64,000 bases of DNA from Octopus vulgaris (GCA_951406725.2 OX597824.1:25730001-25794000); one strand, 5' to 3'; shown: positions 40,154 through 54,593, counted from the first letter of the stretch. The notes: a model not told the origin generated them from the sequence alone. Numbers and translations are program-made.

Positions 40154-40804
40154 TAATAATTACATAAATACTTTATACACTTAGAAATATAATTCCTCAA
40201 TCGGACTTAGATAAGTGGATTCATGAGATCGTGTGTTGTCATTTGAACATATTCGTATTACAAATTTTGAGTAGGTATTACTTACAAACATACACGCACG
40301 AATTTAATCACGCGCAGGCACTCGTATCCACATACATACACTTACATAAATATGTGTCTTTGTGTGTGTGTGGGGTGGGGGGGTTATAAATTTCCATTGG
40401 CGAATTGACATCCGTTAGAGGACAAAGAGATTTCTTAGTTTGATTTGTTCCGGTTCTTTTGTGTTCTGAGTTCAATAACCAAGCGGGTCAATAACATTTC
40501 TCTTCCTCTTCCTGGATTGATATATAAAATATCGTCCCAAAACTGGGATTCGTTCTTCTCTTTCTTTCTCTTCTTTCTCTTTTTCCCAAGAAACCGACTG
40601 TGATCAAGGAACTGGTGATGAGTGCCAGCAGATTTAAAATGCCCAAAACACGTCGCATGTCACGACGGCAACCCGAAAACTTTGCTAGTTAAAGGTCCAA
40701 GGTTTACGTTTATGTAATTGTCGAACCTTCATCTGTCTACAACAGTAGAGTCTGCGATGTGTGTGTGTGTCTGTGTGTGTATGTGTGTGTATGTGTGTGT
40801 GTGT

Positions 40805-40844
<40 letters not shown>

Positions 40845-40872
40845 CAGATGACCATTTTCACGTTTCCCTGCA

Positions 40873-41293
40873 GGAACTTTTCGGTTTGAACGGCAGTTTT
40901 TTCTAGCGGTGTAATATGAAATTGTCACCCATAATTATGACCCTAGTATCGATCTATTGCATTTCAATCTGTTTTAGGGTTAGGGTTAGGGGTGGGGGAA
41001 AGGTATCTTTTTTTCTTCAGAAATGTAAATAAACCCAATCTGTTTCTTAAACGATGGACATATTCATACGGCACAGAATGTTTTCACCTCAATAGACGTC
41101 ATTGATTGGTTGAAATTGCAGAAATTGAAGAAGAAGAAAAAAACAATAAATATCTTACAAACTATAGAATTTTCTCAATAAAGCCAAGAGAAAAATATGT
41201 TTTATAAACACATTCTACCAGTATACGAAGTTTAAAAGTGTTTAGTTACGTGGAAATGATTTTTAAAAACTGCCGTTCAAACCGAAAAGATCC
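40873..41293. mobile_element. Second copy of the Merlin-like TTAGGG-containing MITE
   Basis: TIRs ggaacttttcggtttgaacggcagttttt / aaaaactgccgttcaaaccgaaaagatcc; TSD tccctgca/tccctcca; only three TTAGGG units. Confidence 0.85.
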
Positions 41294-42744
41294 TCCCTCC
41301 ACGCACTTTCACAATGTAAGTTCACAATGTAAGTTCTTTGACTCGGACTATCGTTCAGATTTGAGATAATCATCGGTTAATGTTCTTCTCCAATTTGAAA
41401 TAGTAGTGCCGCTAGTGACATTCCTTACGTTCGGCTCAAATAATTTCTCCGTAAAAATTTTTCAACAATTTGAAACAGAATACCAAATATTTTGAATTAC
41501 CAAATCTTCTAATATTCAACTTGCAACAAATTACCGAGAGCACTAAACATGCTTTCATTCTAGCTGACTAATTAAATTTACGTAGAGTGATGTGTCGACA
41601 TCATCTGTACACGGTATTGCAGTTATGAGCACCCTGCGGCGGCTGGTTAGCGCTCTCGTAGCGGGTGTGCACGTCTCTTAAGTACACAAGTGTGTAATGC
41701 TTCGTTACTAATTGGGTGTGTGTGTGAGAGAGTATTGTGTGTGTCTGTGTGCGTGTGTGTATGTGTGTGTGTGTGTGTGTGTGTGAGTGAGTATGTGTGC
41801 GTGCGATAGTGTGCATATTTGCAGCTCAGAAAACTTAAATGAGGAATTCCTAGAATGCTCTTCAATGTTTACTGTTCCTCTGATCTGCGAACCAGGTTGC
41901 ACGGTTCTATTTCAGAGAATACAAACATTTTAGAGAATTCAAGCAGTTTTTTTTTTTTTTTACAATGTACATAACATAACTACCCTAAAGCCCAACCCCT
42001 CCTCAAAGCGGTAGGGTGGTGTAAACGGGCAGTGTCAGAGCTATGCCGTCGGGAACTTCGGTTCCTGGTAGGGCCACTCAAGGCGGATTGGTCTGGCACC
42101 GAGCGGTATTAGGGCCGCAGCTGGCCAACGGGGCTCTGGTGAAAATTCCAAGAGGCGTCTGATCGGCAACCGGCGTCTTCGAGGTCATTCTGTCCCTGCG
42201 TCTTTGGAGGCTCTGCGGCAAACAGGGCGTCCCGTCACTCGGGATATGCATGCGGGATGTCGGGGACCACTTGTGAATTCAATATTCCCACGCAACCTGT
42301 TCTATGAGAGAAGAAGCCGGCTCAACCCGCCCTGGGTGAACGCCGTCTCAAGTACAAGTACAAGTACATAACATAACAGGTACAAGAGGAAATATTGTAC
42401 CCGGAGAAAAGACCTATAGGCTTCTCATTTGTTCTCCATAGATATTCTTCGTTTCTCCTATATTTTTATGAGGCATTCCACATCTAGGCAGCTGATCTCT
42501 ACAACAATGCATAACTTTTGTTCCTTGTTTCATACAACAATATTTGGCTTATTGTGTAAGCGCGTGGCCAAGCGATTAGGGTGTCGCAATCACGATCTCT
42601 AGATCGTCGGTTCGGTTTCAGGACTGGGCGCTGCGTTGTGTTCTTGAGCAAAACACTTCATTTCACGTTGCGTTGCAGGTGGGAGAGTGGCAGAATCGTT
42701 GATGCGTCGCCAGAAATGCTTTATGGTATGTTGTCTGGCTGCAA

Positions 42745-43008
42745 CCTGGCAGAAACATTAGCACGCCGGGCGAAATGCGTAGCCGTATTTCGTCTGCCGT
42801 TACGTTCTGAGCTCAAATTCCGCCGAGGTCGACTTTGCCATTCATCCTTTCGGGGTCGATAAATTAAGTACCAGTTACGCATTGGGGTCAATGTAATCGA
42901 ATTAATCCGTTTGTTTGTCCTTGTTTGTCCCCTCTGTGTCTAGCCCCTTGTGGGTAGTAAAGAAATAGGAATTTCGTCTGGCTCTCTGCGTTCTGAGTTC
43001 AAATCCCA
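42745..43008 (+). mobile_element. SINE family B plus the start of a second unit
   Basis: Tail aaagaaatagg runs into aatttcgtctg...gttctgagttcaaat. Confidence 0.75.
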
Positions 43009-43236
43009 CCTACCTGGTGAAGGCAACGGGAACCACTCTAGTATTAATCCCAAGTCTTGTTATGGTAGCCAAAGTTCCAGTATTCTAATTAACGGCAGAA
43101 GGGGAGGCGATGGCTCAGTCAAATCATATAGAGGCTGCTGGAGAAGGTTCATATGCACAGGAACTGCCCAAGCGCAGGCCACCGCTAGCCTAGGCTTATA
43201 CCGGATTTCTTTTTATACTGGAATGTTTCACCAATT

Positions 43237-43625
43237 TCTCTATATATAAAGCTGAACTTGTCTGTGTATGGCAGGTTTGGTAGCCTTCAACTAACACTAA
43301 TCTCGTCCGAGACCCTGCGGTGCAAATTAACCAAAATTGCGAGTATGATAGAAGAAGGCTTGCTCTTCCTTTCGTAGAAGAAAAAATTCAAATCGGACCA
43401 TGTTAACACCAAAAATTATTTACATTAAAAAGGTACTCTTTTCTATGAAAATCCCTATTTTTTATGATTTTTTACTGCTGTGTCGCCATTTTTCGGTGTG
43501 TTTTAACCAGAAAAATGTTCATTTAAAGAGAATAACAAGCTACATAATGCAAAATTTTTACTTTTCAAAAATTCCAATTCTAAAGTGTCGAAACAAACCC
43601 GAGCAACGCAGGGCGATACTGCTAG
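43237..43625 (+). mobile_element. Helitron-like element H2
   Basis: tctctatatataaag start; cccgagcaacgcagggcgatactgCTAG|T end. Confidence 0.78.
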
Positions 43626-44092
43626 TATTTTTTAAAGGTGTGCCTTTGGTATATCTGTTACAACAAGCCTTTGTGTGTATAGCATTGTACACGGTTTTAG
43701 CGAGAATGTCTTGTCTCATAGGAAGGTAATATCTTATAATGGTTTTTAAACAGCTGTTGATAAGGGTGATATCTTCTACACTGATTTGTACAATTCACAT
43801 CCTCTATCACAACGCAGCATCTAGAAACAACTTTATCTCTCTTATTGACCAGATATTTAATGACTATTTCCTGATCATGGATAGCAAAGGCGTAGCCTTC
43901 TAGGTGAGATACGGTGTATTTGTCGCAGATATAAGAGAGGCTATCAATTCTCTATCAATGTTGCTTTCAAGTCTCTGTTGAAGTAAATTAGTTCAGAAAG
44001 CCTTGGTTTATAAGGAACAACTGTACACACAGAGTAACTGTTCAGGAGTTCTTCGCCTAATCCCACGATGTTATTAATTTCACTGTTGATTA

Positions 44093-46698
44093 CACCGGTC
44101 AACACACGTTTTCTAGCATAAGGTTTATCGATGGTTTTTAGCTAATTTTGCTTTAGTTTTGCTAGAAACAGCGATTTAATGTTCATAAAGGAAGAATTAA
44201 ACATATGTAGATACAATTTTTAATAGACAATATGTCTCTTTTTAATCTAGTAAATAAAAACACAAAGTTGTAGGAGGAGTAAATGCACATTAGCATGTAA
44301 GAATTAAGCTTGGTGGTAATAAAATATGAATACAAAATCTCTATTCATTGTGGTCATTCATTCTGATCATATTATTTTTAATTCTTTATTGCCCACACGG
44401 GGCTAAACATAGACGGGACAAACAAGGACAGACAAAGGGACTAAGTCGATTACATCGACCCCAGTGCGTAACTGGTACTTATTTAATCGACCCTGAAAGG
44501 ATGAAAGGCAAAGTCGACCTCGGAGGAATTTGAACACAGAACGTAACGGCAGACGAAATACCTGTTTCATTATTACCCACAGGGGGCTAAACACAGAGAG
44601 GACAAACAAGGACAGACAAACGGATTAAGTCGATTACATCGACCCCAGTGCATAACTGGTACTTATTTAATCGACTCCGAAAGGATGAAAGGCAAAGTCG
44701 ACCTCTGCGGAATTTGAACTCAGAACGTAACGGCAGACGAAATACCGCTAAGCATTTCGCTTGGCATGCTAACGATTCTGCCCTCTCTTTTGACGATCTT
44801 TCATGCACAGCTTCTAGAATGTCTTTAATCAAGTTCCATCAATAATCTTCTATCATGTTGGAGTTCCATTGGCCTTTGTAGTGTTCTTCCATTACTTTTA
44901 CGTCTTGATGAAATCGTTCACCTTGTTCTTCGCTAACATCACCCAGGTTCTCTGGAACTCACATAAGTGACTGTGTAAGTACTGCAATTTGATGTTCATT
45001 CTACATCCAAGAGCTTGCAAACTCAAGAGCAGCCTCTCCACAATCTCTTGATAGTTGTCAGATTTTCTGTTCCCAAAGAAATTCTGCACCACATTAGAGA
45101 AGGCATCCCAAGCTCTAACCTCCACCGCACTCATTGTCATAACAAAATTTGGATCTCTGAAGAATGTTATTTGAGTTCCGTTAAATATCCCTGTCTTCTT
45201 ATTCTCGTCAATGAGACTTGGAAAGTTGTACATTTATATACCTCCACTGTGATCAAGAACTTTGAAATTTTATGTGCAGTGGGAGGAAGACGTTGTTTTT
45301 CCTATCAACCAGAGGGTCATTAATGATGTTCTTGTCACCCGGCGTCAAACTGTTCCTTGGGGGACATTCTTTTTTCATACAGTGATCTTTTGTAGCCTTA
45401 CTGTCCCAGTAGCACAGGAAAAAGGGTACTTAGTGTAACTTCCTTGCTGGCCCAGTAGGTTTACCATTTTCAAATCGACACAAATTGCCCATCCATGAAC
45501 ATGATAGTGCGACTTCTCCAGAACAGTTTTGATGATTGCACACTCCTCTTTCATTTTTATAGTGTTCTGTTTGGTTTGAGCCATACAAATTCCCGTTGTG
45601 AAGTAAAACACATTCCATGCTACTTTTAGAGCTAACAATAAGATGTTTCCATTCACGTGAATCATATGCCGGCAGTCCCATAGTGAGAAGAAGCCTTTCA
45701 ACATCATTACAATAAACAAACTGACCATCTGAATGGAAGTTCTGCTTTTCTGTTATGACAAATGGAAATACAAGTGCCAGACTTCAGCAGTCTTTTCTCT
45801 TGCAGCCTGTAAGCCAACCATTCAGCAGACTGCTTTGGCAAATACAAATTCTTAACCAGATCATTCAATTCAGGCTGACTAAACAGAGAAAAATTATCAC
45901 AGCTTGCATCAGATGGCATAAACTGTTCATTTTTATTAGTAGTAAGTGAATTGAGGGCTTCATCATCGATCTGTGGCAGCTCAATAAATACGGGCATATG
46001 TATTTTCCCGGAGTGTGCAACTCTCAACAGATAGATGGGTTGTCTGAGTATTGCAAGTGTCGTTTGATTTTCGTATTGAACCCTTTTACATTAACAAGGC
46101 AGAAGTAATAGTTACCCACATGCTTAATTGATTCTCTCCAAACCATTGGTATACCAAACTTCAGCTTCGCATTCTTTCCTTGAGACCATAATTGCAAAGT
46201 TTCAAGACAGGTTTTGCAAACTTTGTGGGGAGCCTAGATTTTGTACTGGTCTCCAAGTGCTATTCTAAAGCAAGCAAGATACACCTTCTTGACAAAGTTA
46301 CTAATGTTGCGCCTTTGAGCCTGTGGCGTGAAGTTTAACAGACGTAACAGATAATATAGGGGTCATTGCAGCACTTCCTTCTTCTTTTTGATGTTGTATC
46401 CATAGCTAGATCACCGTGGGTCAGTTCACATTTGAAAAGACGAAAAAGGGTTTTGAAACAAAATTCAGTTTGAACATATTCAAAATTAGCATGACAATCC
46501 AACCAGAAATCCCGCAAATAGTGGTGCAAAGTTAACTTTGCTATGATTTAGGTAAATAAAAGTATATACTGATGGCACAAAAATGTGATGTGGGAGAGCA
46601 AATCTCCGGTCAATTTTGAAATCAGCACCCAAAAATTAGTCTAAAACAGTTCTAAGATTTTATGCCAGAGAATGAAATATTTATTTTGTTGACCAGTG
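44093..46698 (-). mobile_element. Chapaev3-type (CMC) DNA transposon with complete ends and decayed transposase
   Basis: TIRs caccggtcaaca / tgttgaccagtg; TTA TSD on both sides; CCNDPYIICYVC, WAICVDLKMVN, GIFNGTQI, KLQYLHSHL, EQGERFHQD motifs. Confidence 0.8.
44385..44783 (-). mobile_element. SINE family B dimer inside the Chapaev3 element
   Basis: Two bodies, one head; junction agacgaaatacctgtttc. Confidence 0.82.
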
Positions 46699-47484
46699 TT
46701 ATACATATGATGTTTTCATTTCATTCTTTTCTGTTCAACATCTGTTGTCTAGATGACACGATGCGATACTCAAAGGCTGCCTAGCATGTTCTTATACCTC
46801 TACCTCCACCATTCTGTTTAGCATGTATCTTGTCAGTGTTACTGTTGATGTGGAAGTTGTCAGATGTTATTTGTATCTTCCTAGCTCTGATGACCATGTT
46901 TCAGATTTCTTCAAGTGCCCAGACTAGTATCCCAAATGCTTGTAAAAGCAGAGGCACTGCCAAAGCACCAAGCAATATGGCTTAATGTAATACAGGCAGC
47001 TATGACTTCTATATCGTTCTATATCTGCTGAAGTACGTTTTGTTACTCTAGCTTTACTCACAAAACCAACATTTACTATGTTCTCGTTAAGTCCCGTATA
47101 TTTTTAACATCTATCACCGACGATTGGGGAAATAAGCCATTAGTATCGATATTCCTTGCCCGGTAGACAATCTTTCCTAGTTTGACTATCAAATATGAAC
47201 ATTTATCCTCACCGAACTCCGTTTCTTTGTCCCGCGAGAATTTTGTGACCAATTTTAAGAGTCTCTTGATGGTGTGAATATTAATCGAGTACATTGTAAG
47301 ATCACCAACAACAAAAAACTACGTTGTGGATGACATGAAGTTTTCTTTCATCTGCAGATTTTATCATGTAACATTTGCATTTCCTTAATAAGGTTGACAA
47401 GGGGCTAACTGATTGGACGAAAAGCAAAACACAAACTGTCACTGAAATGTTCCCATTGATAACCAAATCCTGTAAGTTACTATA

Positions 47485-47905
47485 TATTTCTTTATTGCCC
47501 ACAAGGGGCTAAACATAGAGGGGACAAACAAGGACAGACAAACGGATTAAGTCGATTATATCGACCCCAGTGCGTAACTGGTACTTAATTTATCGACCCC
47601 GAATGGATGAAAGGCAAAGTTGACCTCGGCGGAATTTGAACTCAGAACGCAGAGAGCCAGACGAAATACCTATTTCTTTACTACCCACAAAGGGGCTAAA
47701 CACAGAGGGGACAAACAAGGACAGACAAACAGATTAAGTCGATTACATCGACCCCAGTGCGTAACTGGTACTTAATTTATCGACCCCGAAAGGATGAAAG
47801 GCAAAGTCGACCTTGGCGGAATTTGAACTCAGAACGTAACGGCAGACGAAATACCGCTAAGCATTTCGCCCAGCACGCTAACGTTTCTGCCAGCTCGCCG
47901 CCTTG
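47485..47905 (-). mobile_element. SINE family B dimer with a single 15-bp TSD
   Basis: ctgtaagttactata at 47470-47484 and 47906-47920. Confidence 0.88.
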
Positions 47906-48759
47906 CTGTAAGTTACTATAACTTACAGTGATTAGATTATTGCAGGAAAGAATCGCAAGGCGGATTCTTCAAACCGAGCTAACCGGCAGGCGACCAACAA
48001 AATAATTGGATAATATCCCTAAATTCAATTGGTCGCGCTTTGAAGTCAGCAGGAAATATAATGACAATTGCTTCTGATAGGACCCTATGGAGTTTGAGGA
48101 CTCTATCCCCACAACATTCCCAGGAACAGTGGGCCGCAAAAAATGGATATATGGATTGCTGAATATAGATTTCTTTATTAGCCACAAGGTCTCGATATAG
48201 ATTAGGACAAACAAGGACAGACAGGACACCACAGTGGGGACAATACATAGAACGAATATGATTGGGATGATTATATAACAATGGTGTTATGAATGGCTGC
48301 ATGCGCCCCTCATCACATGCATTACCATTAATCTTTTTAAACAGTCCGTTTTTATCATGTAAAGGAAAAAATTATGGTGTTTTCTCATAAGCGCTCTGTT
48401 TAAACAGAGACATAGAAATTACTTAAAGCAAAAGATGTTGGACTATTACATTTAGGAAATTGTCTTTTATGATGTCAAAATGGCTACATTTTACTTTCAA
48501 TTTTCTTTGTTTATTTCTTCATTTCATGGGTATTATAAAGAACTTGACAAGCGAGCTAGCAGGATCGTAACCGCACTAGACAAAATACTTAACGGCATTT
48601 CTTCGGTGTATATATTCTGAGTTCAAATGCCACCGAGGTCGTCTTTGCCTTTCATATTTTCGGGGTTGATAAATTCAGTTCTGATTGAGAACTGGGGTCG
48701 ATGCAATCGACTATCCTCCAGACCTTGTGCCGATAGTAGAAAGTATATAGTAGAAAGTA

Positions 48760-49314
48760 TTGGGTTGTCCGGAAAGTTCGTGCCGATTTATAGTAGCTTA
48801 CCTTTCGACTTATTTTAGAACATGGTTGAGTCCATAAAATAAAATTTGACTACACCTCCATTTAGAGCACAGTTTAAGCTATCTTTTCGTGGCGGAAGGT
48901 TTATGTTCCTATAACCTGTGTTAATCCTGTAACCCTTTAAAATGGAAGATAAGAAAGTTCATTTTCGGCACTTAATGCTTTGGGAACCAAACAAAAATTG
49001 CTGCAGCTCGGCTGAGATGTATTACCCCACCCTTCATATTCACCAGATATTGCTCCTTCAGATTTCCACTTATTCGGGCCTCTGCAATGGTAAAAATTTC
49101 AATTCCTTGGATGACGTAAAAAGATACTTTAATGAATTCTTTGCCATGAAACCTCCTCAATTCTGGGAAGAGGGTATTTTCAAGTTAAAGGAAAGATGGA
49201 GATGCATTGTGCAACAAAATGGTTCATATTTGGTTGATTAAAAATATAATGGCAAGTATTTATTGACCTTTTTCTTTCCTTTAAAAATTGGCACGCACTT
49301 TCCGGACAACCCAA
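48760..49314 (+). mobile_element. Internally deleted mariner element
   Basis: TA|ttgggttgtccggaaagt TIRs|TA; MEDKKVHFRHLMLWE fused to HPSYSPDIAPSDFHLF..GIFKLKERW..NGSY. Confidence 0.9.
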
Positions 49315-49369
49315 TATTATATACACTCTGAGAGGTTTACTAATTTCAGAACAACCTTTGAGATAATAA

Positions 49370-50020
49370 TTCTGTTATAGATACAAGGCCCGAAATTTGA
49401 GGGAAGGGAAATGGTCAATGACATCAACCCCAGTGCTCGACTAGTACTTATTTCATCGACCTCGGAAACATGAAAAGCAAACTCGCCTCGACGAAATTTG
49501 AACTCAGAACGTAAAGACTGACGAAATGCTGCGAAACACTTTGTCCGTCGTGCTAGCAATTCTGCCATCTCGCCGCCGTCAACACTTGCAGAATAATCCC
49601 TTCTACTATGAGCACAAGGCCTGAAATTTGGGGGCAGGAGGTTAACCGATTACATCAACCCCAGTGTTTAACTGATACTTATTTTAAAGACCCGAAACGG
49701 AGGAATTTTAACTCAGAACGTAAAGACGGACGAAATGCAGCTAAACATTTTATCCGGCGTGCAAACGATTCTGCCAGCTCGCCGATTTACGCGCATTGAT
49801 AATATAGATTTCAAATGTTGGCACAATGCCAGCAATTTCAGGAGAGGGATTAAGTTAATTATATCAGCCCCAGTGTTCAACTGGTACTTATTTTAACGAC
49901 CCCGATAGGATGAAAGGTAAAGTCAACCACGGTAGGATTTGAACTCAGAACACATAAATACGGACGAAATGCAGCTAAACATTTTATCCGGCATGCTAAT
50001 GGTTCTGCCAGCTCACCGAT
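49370..50020 (-). mobile_element. Cluster of three diverged family B-related SINEs
   Basis: Repeated ccccagtg..ctggtacttattt..aactcagaac..gacgaaatgc. Confidence 0.7.
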
Positions 50021-50055
50021 TAACTCGCATTAATAATATCAATAGATGAAATACA

Positions 50056-50287
50056 AGGCGGCGAGCTGGCAGAAACGTTAGCACGTCGGGCGAAATGCGT
50101 AGCCGTATTTCGTCTGTCGTTACGTTCCGAGTTCAAATTCCGCCGAGGTCGACTTTGCTTTTCATCCTTTCGGGGTCGATAAATTAAGTGTCAGTTACAC
50201 ACTGGGGTCGATGTAATCGACTTAATCCGTTTGTCTGTCCTTGTTTGTCACCTTTGTGTTTAGCCCCTTGTGGGTAGTAAAGAAATA
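50056..50287 (+). mobile_element. SINE family B monomer
   Basis: Full consensus; TSD tcaatagatgaaatac. Confidence 0.88.
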
Positions 50288-50312
50288 AATGTCAATAGAT
50301 GAAATACGATAT

Positions 50313-50738
50313 AGGCGCAGGAGTGGCTGTGTGGTAAGTAGCTTGGTAGCCAACCACATGGTTCCGGGTTCAGTCCCACTGCCTGGTATCTTGGGCAAGT
50401 GTCTTCTGCTATAGCCCCGGGCCGACCAATGCCTTGTGAGTGGATTTGGTAGACAGAAACTGAAAGAAGCCTGTCGTATATATGTATATATATATATATA
50501 AGTGTGTGTGTATATGTTTGTGTGTCTGTGTTTGTGTTTGTCCCCCTAGCATTGCTTGACAACCGATGCTGGTGTGTTTACGTCCCCGTCACTTAGCGGT
50601 TCGGCAAAAGAGACCGATAGAATAAGTACTGGGCTTACAAAGAATAAGTCCCGGGGTCGATTTGCTCGACTAAAGGCGGTGCTGCAGCATGGCCGCAGTC
50701 AAATGACTGAAACAAGTAAAAGAGTAAAGAGTAAAGAG
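50313..50738 (+). mobile_element. SINE family A, full length
   Basis: Head, microsatellite and tail. Confidence 0.88.
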
Positions 50739-51164
50739 TATGATGTAATAATAATGGTCTTATTTTACTTTCAATTTTCCCGCCTCCTATATTTCTTTAT
50801 TTTCATGTTTTCAATGCTTCAGCAGGTATCAATGTTGACATGACGTAGTTTCTGACATGTTTACTAAATTCAAAAAGCATCTTGATATTTGACGTATTTC
50901 ACTTGGTTAGTATGACATACAGTGAAATTTATTTTGCGACGGTATAAAAGATAAAAGCAAGCAGTTAGCAAAATATGACAAGAACTAGTTTAAGAAAACA
51001 AAGGAATGAAATGAGTAAGCAAACAAAGACAATGAAGTAATAAGCACACTCCCTCGATTCAAATTTTGACTTATGATCGTCAAATACACTTGACACGGGC
51101 AACAATGCCGTAATGCATCCCAACTAACTAAACGTTAATATCCGGAGTTTTCACAACCACACGT

Positions 51165-51197
<33 letters not shown>

Positions 51198-51255
51198 CAC
51201 ACTCACACACACACACATACATGTATATACACGTGTGTGTATGTGTATATGTATG

Positions 51256-51330
<75 letters not shown>

Positions 51331-51409
51331 TTGTATGTATGTATGTATGTATGTATGTATGTATGTATGTATGTATGTATGTATGTATGTATGTATGTAT
51401 GTATGTATG

Positions 51410-51441
<32 letters not shown>

Positions 51442-51785
51442 TGTATGTATGTATGTATGTATGTACGTATGTATGTATAAAAAATACAAACTGGGACAAG
51501 AACGCAAAACATTTTGATGACGACACAAAAAACACGGACGGGACATTCGAAGCCTTCAATCTTCAGTCAAGAACCGGATCATCCTCGCAATTTCGGCTGA
51601 TTAATCTTGAGATTGCTCCAATCTGGCCAGCCCCAAGGAAAAACTAAGCTAAGCGCATTAGATTCCTTGGAAGAAAGCTTCGAATGTATACAAAACAAGG
51701 ACAGAAAAACGGACGATGTTACACGAATATGAATACAAAAATAATACGTAAAAACAATAATAATAATATTAATAACAATAACAGG

Positions 51786-52170
51786 GGGAGGCGCAATGGC
51801 CCAGTGGTTAGGGCAGCGGACTCGCGATCATAGGATCGCGATTTCGATTCCCAGACCGGGCGTTGTGAGTGTTTATTGAGCGAAAACACCTAAAGCTCCA
51901 CGATGCTCCGGCAGGGGATGGTGGTGATCCCTGCTGTACTCTTTCACCACAACTTTCTCTCACTCTTACTTCCTGTTTCTGTTGTACCTGTATTTCAAAG
52001 GGCCGGCCTTGTCACTCTCTGTGTTACGCTGAATATCCCCGAGAACTACGTTAAGGGTACACGTGTCTGTGGAGTGCTCAGCCACTTACACGTTAATTTC
52101 ACGAGCAGGCTGTTCCGTTGATTCGGATCAACCGGAATCCTCGTCGTCGTAACCGACGGAGTGCTTCCAT
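51786..52170 (+). mobile_element. SINE family C
   Basis: gaggcgcaatggcccagtggttagg head; TSD caataacagg. Confidence 0.88.
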
Positions 52171-52546
52171 CCATCCAACAATAACAGGACATCACGAACA
52201 GGTGTCTTTCAACTAGGATGAAGTGTACATTTAAACACATAAGGAATCTACTCGTGGGATTCAAAACGCTAGAAAGAACAGCTAGGTTCTATAACTACAA
52301 AATTAGGGATAAAATTCAACAGGAACGAAATAAAAAATTTTACCATCTAGTTTCCTGGACCAATAGGTTTCTGATCTTAGTTTAACAAATAAATAATATT
52401 CGCTAGGTGAAATCTTCTTCAAAAGGTACGCCTTAGATTAAATATATAAAACACGAGGCAACCAACTATGTGCCTCTTGTTTATACATCCTAATTTTTTT
52501 CGAAATCTACTGCGCAGACGCAGCCCCTCGTCGGCAATAAAAAATG

Positions 52547-52618
<72 letters not shown>

Positions 52619-52639
52619 CATATACATATATATACACAT

Positions 52640-52840
52640 GCATATCGCCATGTTGGACCACTGCACTCAACACTTTTATTTTTCATTCTCTCTCCATATA
52701 TTTCCTCATATTACTTTTTGTTGAAGAGCATAGGCTCGAAACCTAAAAGTCTTATTCATTTTTCCCGAGCGCCAAACTAATACACTTGCTTGTTGTTCAT
52801 ACACCTGTCTTCGTTTTTTGTTTTTCTATAAATTTCGACT
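52640..52840 (+). mobile_element. Small Penelope-like repeat with (C/U)UGUNGA hammerhead-like motif, copy 2
   Basis: actttTTGTTGAagagcataggctcGAAACCTAaaagt at 52713-52750. Confidence 0.55.
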
Positions 52841-52955
52841 ACATACAAACATATATGCACCCACATACGACGTGCTTCCATAGAGTTTCTAGCTACCAAA
52901 TTCAAACACAAGGCATTGATCGGCTCAGGGCAATCGCAGAAGACACTTGCCCAAG

Positions 52956-53100
52956 GCGCAGTGGCGGTGGAGGCAGTGGCGGCGGCGGTGGCGGCGGCAG
53001 TGGTAGCAGCAGCGGTGGTAGCGGCGGCGGCGATAGTGGCGGGAATCGCTGGTGGAGGCGGCGGCGGTGGCGATGGTGGTGGTATTGGTGGTGGTGGCAG
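52956..53100. repeat. (GGC/GGT)n GC-rich trinucleotide tract
   Basis: Direct reading; begins where a SINE A fragment breaks off. Confidence 0.85.
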
Positions 53101-53292
53101 CTACTGCTCGTCTATAGAATTATCTTCTTTCCTGTTGGATTTTCTAATACTTGAGAAGACCAATCCTCCCTTGACATAAGTCTCTATTACGTTTAGCTCT
53201 TAGGAGAGGGCTTTGACATGAATTGGAATCGATGGTTTTTCCCCTCTTTGTCATTTGGCCTTTTCGTTTATGCGATGCAAGCACACGCATAT

Positions 53293-53356
<64 letters not shown>

Positions 53357-53632
53357 CTTACTTGGAGGAAACGAAACGATGCGAGGGCGCTCAGTCATAC
53401 AATAGTGTAATAAATAAAATATAAGAATACATACATACATATATGTACGTACCTACATCTACATGTATATATACATGCATATATAAATATATATACGTGA
53501 GTACAGGACACCACAAATAGACGTAGAACTCAACGAGAAACGAAAACGTAAAAACAAACATGGAAACGGACCAATCTTTTAACAACGAAAAAACAGACTA
53601 CAAGACAAACAACACAAGGAATATATATATAT

Positions 53633-53690
<58 letters not shown>

Positions 53691-54307
53691 GTGGGGAAAT
53701 TTAGTAAACGGAGCAAAACGAATAACTTCTGATTTCTCGTTTATTTTTACTCGCCTTCTCTGAAATCATTACAATGCAAGTATTGTATCATCATTTTCAA
53801 TTGCCACATTGTATTTAGGAGTAAAAATTAGTCAGCATAGTTGTTGTTGAGATTGAGAGAGTCCGAAACGTAGTGAGGTGACAGGTCCATTTTTTTTCCA
53901 TGAAATTTTTCACCTTCGACTCGATTGTAATTGAGGTTGCTAATAGAATATCTGGATAATTTTGGGTGTTTAACAATCAATATTCTTTTCTCTCTTGAAT
54001 CCCAAGTCAAATTTTTCCCCACTCTAATGTCTAATTTGATAATTTTCAAGTTTCAGAAAATGATGTCTAGAATGGGGTAAAATGAGTAATGACAAATTAC
54101 AATAATATTTTTCTTTAACTGCAAGTTTCTAAATACATTGTGGAGAGAGCACTCTAGCAGATTTTTTAGTTTGTTTTTCTTTTCTATTTAGTCGAGTTTC
54201 GTTAACTTTGATTTTTTTTTTGTCGACTTTCGTTAATTTCATTTGTGCCATTTTCCCTGATCCTGTCCCATCAGACTTGGATATTTATGTATTTATTTAT
54301 TTTTTTT

Positions 54308-54516
54308 CTTTTACTTGTTTCAGTCATTTGACTGCGGCCATGCTGGAGCACCGCCTTTAGTCGAGCAAATCGACCCCGGGACTTATTCTTTGTAAGCCCC
54401 AGTACTTATTCTATCGGTCTCTTTTTGCCGAACTGCTAAGTGACGGGGACGTAAACACACCAGCATCGGTTGTCAAGCAATGCTAGGGGGACAAACACAG
54501 ACACACAAGCACACAC

Positions 54517-54593
<77 letters not shown>

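Larger units (their letters stand above)
43630..47470 (-). pseudogene. Old R4/Dong-type retrotransposon relic, split by later insertions
   Basis: RT-like pieces at 46750-47470 (LFVQSVSPL, FSRD..FGEDKC, ALAVP, GGGRG) and a C-terminal YYLPMRQD piece near 43700-43750. Confidence 0.6.

Noticed and set aside
41950-42360. GC-richer segment resembling a LINE fragment or promoter
   Set aside because: No recognisable protein motif or termini found by eye
51540-51620. Possible hammerhead on the minus strand (CTGAAGA..GAAT)
   Set aside because: The GAAA box and stem I could not be assigned convincingly
51786-51860. tRNA gene
   Set aside because: The tRNA-like head continues into a 380-bp repeated SINE body with a TSD
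52786-53179. Gly-rich or Ala-rich protein exon
   Set aside because: Simple (GGC/GGT)n tract joined to a SINE fragment, with no splice or domain support
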